Part shown: one piece after another, positions 1 through 7,677 of the stretch | Layout: every line of letters begins with the position of its first letter | Numbering within the stretch: position 1 is the first letter of the stretch | Origin: an uncultured Lentisphaeraceae bacterium | GTDB taxonomy: Bacteria; Verrucomicrobiota; Kiritimatiellia; RFP12; UBA1067 | Reading direction: 5' to 3' | Assembly (NCBI GenBank): GCA_964386385.1 | Contig: CAYLRN010000001.1 | Coordinates: 172,706-236,705 of the forward strand | Length of the DNA stretch: 64,000 bases | The notes under the pieces: model-generated | The model's database searches: none | What the model was told of the DNA's origin: nothing | The model's input: only the letters and a program-made list of their open reading frames with translations | Position numbers and translations under genes: made by a program

Positions 1-1000
1 TCTGGAGGGCCTGCCCCGCCTGCCCCTTCATCAGGTTGTCGATGATGGAGACGATGCGGAGCTTGCGGACGCGCGCGTCCACGGAAACGACGACGATGCA
101 GCGGTTCGTCCCGCGCACGCTCATCGTCCCCACGGCCGCCGTCGACGGGACCACACGGACGAACGGGCTGCCGGCGTAGTACTCGCGGTAGATCTCAAGC
201 GCCTCCTCCTCCGTGACGTCCCGCGTCAGGTCTCCGTAGAGCGTGGAGAGGATGCCGCGCGAAATCGGAAGCACCTGGGCGGTGAAAATCAGTTTCACGT
301 CCTCGCCGCCCTGAAGCGACAGTTCGCGCTCCACCTCGCACACGTGCTGATGCCCGGAAAGGCGGTACGCGTTCACCTGCTCCATGCGCTCCGGATAGTG
401 GAACTGCGCCTTGGGCTTCTTGCCGGCGCCGGAGACGCCGCTCTTGCAGTCGCAGACGATCGAGTGCGGCATGACGAGATGGCTCTTCATCGCGGGCGCC
501 AGGCCGAGGATGCAGCTTGTGGCGAAGCAGCCGGGATTGCCGACGAGACGCGCGTTCGCGATTTCGGCGCGATGCAGCTCCGGCATTCCGTAGACGTTCG
601 TGCCGAGAAGTTCGGGGGAGAGGTGCGACGGGTCGCGGCCGAGGCGCGTGGCGTAGTCCTCGTAGGCGGCGAGCGTCGTGAAGCGGAAGTCGCCGGAATA
701 GTCGATCACGCGCGCGCCCTTGTCGAGCTCGGCCCTAGCGTCGGCCATGCCGACGCGGTCCGGCGTCGAGAAGAACACCACGTCGAAAGCGCCCTGCGCC
801 GCAGGGTCGTCCGCCGCAAGAATCGGAAGGTCGCAGTATCCCGCAAGGTGCGGATACACGTCGGAAATCCTCTTGCCGGCGTCGTCCCGCGCCACCAGCG
901 CCCCGATTTCGGCGTTCGGATGGCGCAGCAGAAGGTCGATGATGCCGAGGCCGCCGTATCCGGTGGCGCCGACTACTTTAACTCTGATTTTCCTGTCCAT
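1..1000 (-). CDS. argC: N-acetyl-gamma-glutamyl-phosphate reductase ArgC. The 3' end is truncated by the window start.
   Basis: Minus-strand translation from ATG at 1000 gives MDRKIRVKVVGATGYGGLGIIDLLLRHP...GNPGCFATS...CKSGVSGAGK. These are typical ArgC NAD-binding and catalytic-Cys motifs. The ORF runs off the window edge. Confidence 0.85.
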   Translation of the reverse strand, partial: MDRKIRVKVVGATGYGGLGIIDLLLRHPNAEIGALVARDDAGKRISDVYPHLAGYCDLPILAADDPAAQGAFDVVFFSTPDRVGMADARAELDKGARVIDYSGDFRFTTLAAYEDYATRLGRDPSHLSPELLGTNVYGMPELHRAEIANARLVGNPGCFATSCILGLAPAMKSHLVMPHSIVCDCKSGVSGAGKKPKAQFHYPERMEQVNAYRLSGHQHVCEVERELSLQGGEDVKLIFTAQVLPISRGILSTLYGDLTRDVTEEEALEIYREYYAGSPFVRVVPSTAAVGTMSVRGTNRCIVVVSVDARVRKLRIVSIIDNLMKGQAGQALQ

Positions 1001-1022
1001 AGATTGGAGTATTCTAGCACAC
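1001..1022 (-). promoter_or_regulatory. Putative extended -10 promoter (TGcTAGAAT) about 10 nt upstream of the argC ATG. This implies a very short or absent leader.
   Basis: Minus-strand sequence reads gTGcTAGAATactccaatctATG. No separate RBS is present. Confidence 0.35.
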
Positions 1023-1084
1023 TTTGCGGCTTTAGTCTTTCCCATTGTGCGCCGGGATTCTGATGACGCCGTATGCGATTCTCC

Positions 1085-1200
1085 ATGGGAGGGACGCGCT
1101 CCTGCGCGTCCGCCAACGCGGCGGGGCGGGACGCCCCGCCCTACCATCGTGCCATTTCACCGGCAGAGGGCGGACGAGGATGTCCCCCCTCCCATGTGGG
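1085..1200. repeat. REP-like intergenic element, copy 1. It has a GGGAGGG box plus a GC hairpin GGACGCGC-TCCT-GCGCGTCC and a second GGGCGGG/CCCGCCC hairpin, flanked by CCATGGGAGGG...CCCTCCCATG inverted ends.
   Basis: Inverted repeats are read directly from the sequence. Related copies occur at 3626-3775, 25893-25972 and 27550-27665. Confidence 0.6.
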
Positions 1201-1270
1201 GCGTTCTTGTCCGCCATTCGCGAAATGTCAGTAGACCTCCCACAGCAGGGCAGACGCCAATTCCGCCTCC

Positions 1271-1828
1271 TCATGCGCGGAGACGCCGCTCTCGCCATTG
1301 CCCGGCGCACCTTTCGGACGGGATAGTCTCTTCATCGAGCCGTAGTAGCTGTATGGCGCACCGAAATACCGCTCCTTCTCCGCACCGCCGCACGGCCGCG
1401 TCTCGTTCGCGTCTTTTGCGGCAGAACGCCCATGTCGCCTCCATCTGCGCGTTCGCATTCGCGCCGTCCAGTTTGAACGCCAAAAGGCATTCCCTCGGCT
1501 CCTTGCGGTACTGCTTCAACTTGTCTTCCGCCGCAAGGCACTCCGTCATGTAGTGGCGGATCTGGTTGGACAGGATCACGTCGTATTCGGACGTTCCGTC
1601 TATCTTGAGCGAAGACAGTTCCGTGACTATAGAGACAATCAGGTCGTTGTACGACTTTTTCTTCTCGTGACCCTCGTCGCGCAGGGCCTTCACCGCGGCA
1701 AGCGCACACCATCCGAACGCATTGAGCGCCTTTTCGGAGTCAATGTTGAACAGCGCTTTCGCGAGGTAGTACGACGCGGTGAACTGCAATCGAAATGGCT
1801 CACCTCGCCGAAGATTTCTGCGATGCAC
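1271..1828 (-). CDS. Hypothetical protein of 185 aa with a GTG start. A possible frameshifted N-terminus exists (alternative ATG at 1854 with a strong RBS, in another frame).
   Basis: The translation is protein-like (YYLAKALFNIDSEKALNAFGWCALAAVKALRDEGHEKKKSYNDLIVSIVTELSSLKIDG...) and local GC is lower. AAAGGAGAGAGA-ATG at 1854 reads MRQFRTLPRCIAEIFGE and then goes out of frame. Confidence 0.45.
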   Translation of the reverse strand: MHRRNLRRGEPFRLQFTASYYLAKALFNIDSEKALNAFGWCALAAVKALRDEGHEKKKSYNDLIVSIVTELSSLKIDGTSEYDVILSNQIRHYMTECLAAEDKLKQYRKEPRECLLAFKLDGANANAQMEATWAFCRKRRERDAAVRRCGEGAVFRCAIQLLRLDEETIPSERCAGQWRERRLRA

Positions 1829-2315
1829 CTAGGCAGCGTTCTGAACTGTCTCATTCTCTCTCCTTTTCCCCATGTACGTTCTGCGCTCCGCCCCGCGCGT
1901 CCCCGCCGTCGGCGGCCGCCCTCTCCGCCGCCGCCCTGGCGGCAGCGCCGAACTCGGCGGCCTGTGTTCGTGACAATTCCCCCCTCTTCCCTGGTCGCGC
2001 CGTTGTGTCCGACGGCGCGACCGTCGACTATCTTCTCGCCGACCGGCGGCAAGTTGCCGGCAACTCAACCGCTTGACCGCTTAACCCAAAGGCCCACGGC
2101 CCATCCGTTCGCCCGGCCGGTCCAGCGCCTTGAGGACGAGGGCGCGGACGGCGGGCGCAAGCGCGTCCACCTTCGTGGCGGCGCACACGGCGGCGACCTC
2201 CGACTCCTTCAGCCGGACGTTCACCTGCCGCCATTCTTCTCCGCATGTGTCATTCGTGTCGTTGCTTTCCCTTTCGCTTCCCCTTATTCGCCTTGTTCGC
2301 TTTTCGGCGCATGCT

Positions 2316-2609
2316 TCAAATCGTCTCCGCCTTTACTGCGCCCCCTGCAACTGAACCGCGGACGGCGCGGGCGAAACCACCTCGTGTCCGAAAAAGATGG
2401 TTTCGTGCTTTTTCAATGTCCTCGGCAATTTTTCGATATTCGTCAGGCGTAAGCTGAACGTCCCGCGTTGCATGCCGAAGCGCAAGAATGTAAGCATCTT
2501 TGACGGTCATACTTTCATCTTGTCGAAAGCGCTTTGCCACTTTTGCATCGAGGTCGCGCTGAACACGAAGCGCCCTCTGAATGTTCCTAACGTCTGGCAT
2601 GTTGCTCAT
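2316..2609 (-). CDS. Hypothetical small protein of 97 aa in the low-GC islet. It is a possible toxin-antitoxin-associated or regulatory protein.
   Basis: The ORF sits in an approximately 50% GC segment and translates to MSNMPDVRNIQRALRVQRDLDAKVAKRFRQDESMTVKDAYILALRHATRDVQLTPDEYRKIAEDIEKARN. No family was recognised. Confidence 0.4.
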   Translation of the reverse strand: MSNMPDVRNIQRALRVQRDLDAKVAKRFRQDESMTVKDAYILALRHATRDVQLTPDEYRKIAEDIEKARNHLFRTRGGFARAVRGSVAGGAVKAETI

Positions 2610-2723
2610 CGCTCAATCTCCTTGCGGCGCGCGTTCCGCCGAGGCGCGGAAGGGCGCACTCGGTGGAAGAAGAAATGCCGCGCTTGTCTTTTCCGTTGGT
2701 TAGGCATCTACGTTCCTCACCGC

Positions 2724-3185
2724 TCACGCCATCGCCAATTCACGGCGAGTCCTGCGCCTTGTTGGAGCGGCGGCTTTCGGCACAGAGGCGGTCGCCTTGA
2801 GCCCAAGGGCAATGCCGTCCCAGATCGCGCTTCCGATCTGGTCGCCCCGCGCCCGTGCGACGACCGCGAGCGACTGTGCGACAAAGGCGGGGTTGCCGTC
2901 CTCAATGGCCGCGAGGATGAATTCCCCCTGCGCTTTCGGCGTTGTGAGGCTTTCCTCTGGCTTCCAGTCGTGGAGCTTCGGCCGCGCCGTGTCCTGCACG
3001 GCGAGTTCGGGATGCCGCGCAAGGTCACGCGCCGAGATGACATCAAGCGCATGGCGACCCGTCTTGCGGAAGTGGGCGCGGTCCGCCTCGACCTCCAGCC
3101 GTGCGCGGATGGAGCGCGCCGCGTCGATGTCGCATGCGTTCTCGGCCATGATGGCCTTCAGTGTTGGCAGTCTTGTCATGCTCAT
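2724..3185 (-). CDS. Putative addiction-module antidote protein (HigA-like, TIGR02684-like). Its HTH segment appears shortened.
   Basis: FILAAIEDGNPAFVAQSLAVVARARG and the C-terminal GIALGLKATASVP resemble the TIGR02684 family. It lies immediately downstream of the RelE/YafQ toxin gene, a HigBA-like order. Confidence 0.5.
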   Translation of the reverse strand: MSMTRLPTLKAIMAENACDIDAARSIRARLEVEADRAHFRKTGRHALDVISARDLARHPELAVQDTARPKLHDWKPEESLTTPKAQGEFILAAIEDGNPAFVAQSLAVVARARGDQIGSAIWDGIALGLKATASVPKAAAPTRRRTRRELAMA

Positions 3186-3188
3186 GTG

Positions 3189-3482
3189 TCAACCTCCGAT
3201 GTGCAACTTTGAGTGAGACCCCGTGCGAACGAGGACGAGTTCGAGCCTCCCCTCGTCCTTCGAGTAGACGAGCAGCCAGTCCGGCCCGACATGGCATTCG
3301 CGATAGCCGCGCCAGCTGCCCGTGAGCGCGTGGTCGCGGTTGCGGGGCGGGAGGGCGATGTCTCCGGCAAGCAGCCGCACCACGAGTTCGAGCTTCTCAA
3401 GGTCGAGGCCGCTTTTCGCCGCCGCCTTGCAGTCGCGCTTGTACTGCGTCGTCTTGATGATGTCGTATTTGAGCGTTTCCAT
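3189..3482 (-). CDS. Type II toxin, RelE/ParE superfamily, YafQ-like mRNA interferase.
   Basis: METLKYDIIKTTQYKRDCKAAAKSGLDLEKLELVVRLLAGDIALPPRNRDHALTGSWRGYRECHVGPDWLLVYSKDEGRLELVLVRTGSHSKL closely parallels E. coli YafQ (…YKDHPLQGSWKGYRDAHVEPDWILIY…RTGTHAALF). Confidence 0.8.
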   Translation of the reverse strand: METLKYDIIKTTQYKRDCKAAAKSGLDLEKLELVVRLLAGDIALPPRNRDHALTGSWRGYRECHVGPDWLLVYSKDEGRLELVLVRTGSHSKLHIGG

Positions 3483-3524
3483 CTGTCGTTCCCTTTCGCC
3501 GCCCCTTGGGGGCTTTGATGGTGC

Positions 3525-3590
3525 GTATTATAGCACAAGGTGGTTTCACCGCAACGGCCCAAACGTATTTTTACCGCGTTTTATTTTTCC
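3525..3590 (-). promoter_or_regulatory. Putative promoter of the toxin-antitoxin operon. It has TTGCGG-16 nt-TGcTATAAT and an upstream AT-rich UP-like tract.
   Basis: Minus strand reads ccgTTGCGGtgaaaccaccttgTGcTATAATacgc, followed by an approximately 44-nt leader with AAAGGGAACGACAG before the ATG at 3482. AAAAATAAAACGCGGTAAAAATACG lies upstream. Confidence 0.4.
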
Positions 3591-3625
3591 CTCTACGCCC
3601 TCATCGGCGGCGGTGGTATAATCGG

Positions 3626-3775
3626 CAGGGCGAAGCGTCCCGCCCCGCCGTGTCCGCCATCGGGAGGGCGCGTGTCCTCACGCGCCGTGGGCGGAGCGGG
3701 AGGGACGCGCTTCTGCGCGTCCGCCGTCACGCACGATTCCATGTTTCGGTCGCGCAGAAGCGCGCCCCTCCCAGG
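3626..3775. repeat. REP-like element cluster, copy 2. It contains three GGGAGGG + hairpin units (two direct, one inverted) plus a GGGCGAAGCGTCCCGCCCCGCC hairpin.
   Basis: The units are gggagggcgcgtgtcctcacgcgcc, gggagggacgcgcttctgcgcgtcc, and the inverted ggtcgcgcagaagcgcgcccctccca. Confidence 0.6.
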
Positions 3776-3796
3776 CATACGAGAATCTGCGAAGCG

Positions 3797-6700
3797 TCAG
3801 CGGAGGATCAGCAGCGTTCCGACGGCGGTGACGACGGAGATGCGGCCGTTCTCGAAGACGAGCGCGGAGTTCGGCGCAGCGCCAGAGACGGAACACGCAA
3901 GGTCCGCCGCGTCTGGCTCGTCGCCGGAGTACGCGAAGAGCGGGAATTTGGGCGGCAGCTTCACCGGACGGTCTGCCATCTGCACGACCGCGCCCTTCTC
4001 GGACTTGAACTTCGCAAGCGGGACGGGAGCGGACTGGCTGAAGCTCGCGCGCAGGACGCCGCCGCTCTGCAGCCACAGTTCGTCCAGCGCCTCCGGCGTC
4101 GCAGCCACCATGTCGAAGACGCCGCCGGCCGCGACGCCGAGCGTTCCGCGCACGGAACCGGCCACCGCCAGGCGCTGCCCGGCGGCCAGCGCGAAGGGCC
4201 GGTTCGTCGTCGTCGGCAGCACGAGGCTCGCGCCCGCCGCCACAGTGACGTTCGTCGCGGCGAGGCCGCACGCGCCCGAATCGCTCGCATGGGGGAACTG
4301 CGAGGGCGTCAGGATGCCGTACTTCGCAACCCAGGCGTCGGTCAGAGCCTTTACGGCCGCGTCGTCGATGAAGGAATCGTAGAGGCGCACCGCGGCGATC
4401 TCCCCCTTGTAGTTGAAGTCGCAGTTGCCGCTGCCGACAAGAACGCGCATTGCCTCGCGCGGCGTTCCGCCGGATCCGGCCGCCAAGAGGCGCATATGCG
4501 TGAAAACGCCGTCCACGACGATGCGCATGAGGCCGGTGTCAGTGTCGAAGGAGCAGACGGCGCAGTGAGGCTGGCCGTCGGCGAGGTCCCAGACGCGGCT
4601 GACAGTGGACTGGTCGCCGCGCGTAGACACGTTCTTTCCGCCGTAGCCGGCCATGACGCGGTTGCCCTCGCCCCAGAGACCCAGTCCCCAGTCCGCCCGG
4701 TTGCTGGTGGGAAGTTCCGCGCCGACCATAACTGACGACGCGAAGAAGTTGCGGTTCATGGTCACGGAATCAGGCATGTTTCCGTTCGTCGACGTGCGGA
4801 ATACGACCGCAGCCGTCCAGGCGACCTTGCCGGAGGCTGGCGAATCGCCGGCGGGGATGCCGAGGGAGGTGTTGTTTCCGTTGAAATAGACGGAGTTGTG
4901 TCCGTTGATCGCGCCCTTGCGCAGAACGGGTCCCTTCCAGGTGGAGGCGTAGGACGTGGCCGACAGGTCGCTTGTTCCCGTGATGCGCGTGACGTTCGCC
5001 TTGTTCGCCGTGCGCGTTCCATCCGTCGAAAGCCATTCCGTCACCTCCGCACCGTCGGCGACGTCGACGATCGAATCGGCGTCCCACGCGGCGGCGCCGT
5101 CGTCCGGAATTGCCGCGGGGACTTTCTCCCCCATCGGCGGAACGTCGCCCTGCGCCGAATCGTCATCCAGCTCTCCAACCGCGTAGACGCTCGCAGGCGC
5201 GCCGTACTTCCCGGCGAGTTCCACGCCGACGGCGGCCTTTTCGCTCCATGTCAGAGTCCTGCCGGGATAGAAGCGGATCTCGGCCAGCGCGCCCGTGAAC
5301 GCGAACTTGTACGGGGCGTCGGCGTCGGCAATGTTCTGGACGCCGAAGTAGATGTCCGCCGCGTTGCGCGGGCTGCGCGTCGTCTCGTCGAGGTCGACGG
5401 CCCTCTCGACGGTCTCGCCGTCGACGGAGAGCGTGAGCGTCCCGTCGCCGGCCATGGCGTAGATGGCAACGTGCGGCCGGCCGTCGGCGTAGCTGCGAGC
5501 CTTCGTGTAGACGCTGTAGTCCTTGTTGAGCTTGGCGACGCCGAAGCCGGCGCCGACATGTCCGTTCGCGCCGAAGACAAGCCCCCAGTCGTTCACGCAG
5601 CCCGGCTGTTCGCGTCCGAGAATGCCGGTCTCCATATACCACGAGTTGTCCCAGCCCAGGCCGGGCGTCGCAGTCTTGAAGACGACTGCCAGCGTCCAGT
5701 TGGTCTGCCCTGCGAGCGGATTTTCCTCCGCCACGACCTTGAGCGCGGAGTGGTCGAACACGACGCCCGGCCGGCCGTTGAACTCGTCGAGAGAGGCCTT
5801 GGGAACTGTCGTCGGATTCGACGAAAACGTCGGAACCACGGCAGTGCGCGAGGCAGTGGAGTCCGGCCATGCGACGACGTCGTCCCCGTCGGCAAGAGCC
5901 GCGACGGCGTCCTCCGCGCGCCAGGCTACGCATCCGGCGGCAGTCGCGGAAGAGGAGGAGGACATTGGCGCGCCCAGTATCTTGACCGTCCCCTCGTCGA
6001 CGGCGAGTTCGCCCGTGAACGCCGAGGCGTCCCCGAGGACGAGCGTGCCGGCCCCCTTCTTCGTGAGGACGCCGCATCCCTTGAGCGGGGCGCGCATGGC
6101 GAATCGGCGGTCCCGCGTGTCGACTGTCGCAGAGGCTCCGGAAGGGACGATCGTGTCGAGTTCGCTGAACGAGTCGGCCGTAGCCGCGAGCGTTCCGCCG
6201 CGCAGTTCGACGCGATACCAGGAGTCGGTCGTCGCGCCCGAGTTCCACCGCCCTTCAGTGGCCGAGAATCCGCGCGAACCGATTTCGAAGAGGCCGCCGG
6301 AGAGCGTGAACGTGCAGTAGCTGTTCGTGACGGGAATCTGGCGGTCGGCCCCGAACGTCGTCGCTCCGCCCAGCGCGACGCGCGGGACGCGCACGGCGCC
6401 GCCCGACTGGCGGTATGCGGCGGAGGGGGAGTTCACGACCGTTCCGTTGTCGCGCCTTGAGAACGCGAGGATCAGTCCGTCGTCGCCCGGCTGGCTGGAA
6501 GAGGTTTCGTCGACGGCAAGCGTTCCGCCCTTCACCGTGAAGTCGTGGGAGACGAGCTGGTGGCCGCCGCGGTCGCCCATCCAGAGCGTCCCCAGATTCG
6601 CCGTGCCGCCGTCCAGGACGAACTTCGGGTTGGCGTACCAGGTAGAAGAGCCGTTGCCCATGTAGAACGTCGTAGCGTCGAAGCGTCCGCCCGTCAGTTC

Positions 6701-7552
6701 GTAGAGCGAGTCGTACTTGCTGAAGCCGACCTGCGCCAGGACCGCCTTGACGTGTCCGCCGGACTGGCGGAACTCGCCGGAGTCGACGACGAAGACGCCG
6801 TTTGTGAAGACCGCGCCGTCGCCAAAGACCACCTTCGGCGCGCCCGGCTGCGTGAGAAGCAGATAGCTGCCTCCGCCACCCATGTTGACGACGACGCCGG
6901 GGAAGACGTCCTTCCAGTCCGCCTTGTCGGTGAACGTCAGTTCGAGCCGGGCGCTTCCGCTCCAGCGAAAGTCCTGCGCCCAGACGCCAGGTTTCGCCAG
7001 GCGCGCGACATTGTGTCCGCCGGACGCGAAGCGGTAGCCGAGCGTCCCCGCATAGGCCGGCGGCGCATTGTGGCAGGCCAGCACGGCGTTGGAGACTACG
7101 AGTTCGGAATTGCCGCCGATGGCGGCGTTGAAAAAGACCTTTGCCAGTCCGAAATCCCATGTCTGGTCCGCGGCCGTCGCCAGGCGGACGCTGAACGTGA
7201 GGTTGGAATCCGCCCCTGCGGCATGGCGGGCCGTCAGGCCGTCCGCGCCCAGGGCCAGCGTCGTCGTCGCGCCGGCCGCCGCGTTCGTGCCGACGACGAC
7301 GGCGCCGTTGGGGACGTTCGTGAGGACGAGGCCGCCTAACGCGAGGCTGGCGGAATTCGTCAGGGCAGCCATTCCCGGCCGCGCCGCGAAGTCGACCCAC
7401 GCGACGTCGTCCTCCCCCGGCAGGACACCGCCCGCCCAGTTCGCCGCGACGGCCATGTCCGCCGATTCCGCGCCGGAGAACCTTACGACCTCGCCCCGCG
7501 CCATCGCGAGAGCAAGCCCCATTGCGACTGCACAATACGCCGCCTTGACCAT
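3797..7552 (-). CDS. Giant secreted protein of about 1252 aa. It has multiple LamG/concanavalin-A-like lectin domains and an autotransporter-associated beta-strand (PATR) repeat.
   Basis: Start ATG at 7552 is preceded by AAGGAGG. Signal peptide is MVKAAYCAVAMGLALAMA. GTLVLGDASAFTGELAVDEGTVKILG matches the PATR repeat. LamG-like signatures include TLTLSVDGETVERAV and GEIAAVRLYDSFIDDAAV. The ORF-track start at 7945 is an upstream read-through. Confidence 0.75.
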   Translation of the reverse strand: MVKAAYCAVAMGLALAMARGEVVRFSGAESADMAVAANWAGGVLPGEDDVAWVDFAARPGMAALTNSASLALGGLVLTNVPNGAVVVGTNAAAGATTTLALGADGLTARHAAGADSNLTFSVRLATAADQTWDFGLAKVFFNAAIGGNSELVVSNAVLACHNAPPAYAGTLGYRFASGGHNVARLAKPGVWAQDFRWSGSARLELTFTDKADWKDVFPGVVVNMGGGGSYLLLTQPGAPKVVFGDGAVFTNGVFVVDSGEFRQSGGHVKAVLAQVGFSKYDSLYELTGGRFDATTFYMGNGSSTWYANPKFVLDGGTANLGTLWMGDRGGHQLVSHDFTVKGGTLAVDETSSSQPGDDGLILAFSRRDNGTVVNSPSAAYRQSGGAVRVPRVALGGATTFGADRQIPVTNSYCTFTLSGGLFEIGSRGFSATEGRWNSGATTDSWYRVELRGGTLAATADSFSELDTIVPSGASATVDTRDRRFAMRAPLKGCGVLTKKGAGTLVLGDASAFTGELAVDEGTVKILGAPMSSSSSATAAGCVAWRAEDAVAALADGDDVVAWPDSTASRTAVVPTFSSNPTTVPKASLDEFNGRPGVVFDHSALKVVAEENPLAGQTNWTLAVVFKTATPGLGWDNSWYMETGILGREQPGCVNDWGLVFGANGHVGAGFGVAKLNKDYSVYTKARSYADGRPHVAIYAMAGDGTLTLSVDGETVERAVDLDETTRSPRNAADIYFGVQNIADADAPYKFAFTGALAEIRFYPGRTLTWSEKAAVGVELAGKYGAPASVYAVGELDDDSAQGDVPPMGEKVPAAIPDDGAAAWDADSIVDVADGAEVTEWLSTDGTRTANKANVTRITGTSDLSATSYASTWKGPVLRKGAINGHNSVYFNGNNTSLGIPAGDSPASGKVAWTAAVVFRTSTNGNMPDSVTMNRNFFASSVMVGAELPTSNRADWGLGLWGEGNRVMAGYGGKNVSTRGDQSTVSRVWDLADGQPHCAVCSFDTDTGLMRIVVDGVFTHMRLLAAGSGGTPREAMRVLVGSGNCDFNYKGEIAAVRLYDSFIDDAAVKALTDAWVAKYGILTPSQFPHASDSGACGLAATNVTVAAGASLVLPTTTNRPFALAAGQRLAVAGSVRGTLGVAAGGVFDMVAATPEALDELWLQSGGVLRASFSQSAPVPLAKFKSEKGAVVQMADRPVKLPPKFPLFAYSGDEPDAADLACSVSGAAPNSALVFENGRISVVTAVGTLLILR

Positions 7553-7625
7553 TTCAAGCCTCCTTGCCAGAGAATGCCACCCGCCGCGCTTGGCGGAAAC
7601 TGCAGAGTCCGAATGCATATGAAGC

Positions 7626-7653
7626 ATTATATCCGTTTTTTTTTTCTCGTCAA
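7626..7653 (-). promoter_or_regulatory. Sigma70-like promoter TTGACG-16 nt-TATAAT for the giant LamG gene. The spacer consists mostly of a homopolymeric A10 (T10 on the plus strand) tract.
   Basis: Minus strand reads cgcaaTTGACGagaaaaaaaaaacggaTATAATgc. The promoter lies between the activase stop (7678) and the LamG gene start (7552). Confidence 0.5.
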
Positions 7654-7677
7654 TTGCGTTCGCCATAAATGGGCGAT

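Noticed and set aside
344-1063. Plus-strand ORF of 239 aa overlapping the argC region
   Set aside because: It is antisense to a well-supported argC reading frame. Its Arg/Ala/Gly-rich composition is typical of spurious high-GC ORFs.
3610-3625. Plus-strand gtggTATAATcgg -10-like box
   Set aside because: It would direct transcription antisense into the 3' end of the giant LamG gene with no downstream plus-strand ORF. It is more likely fortuitous within the REP cluster.
3506-6460. Several long plus-strand ORFs (409, 280, 520 aa) across the giant LamG gene
   Set aside because: All are antisense or alternative frames of the 1252-aa gene with coherent domain content. They are Arg-rich and low-complexity, and have no RBS.
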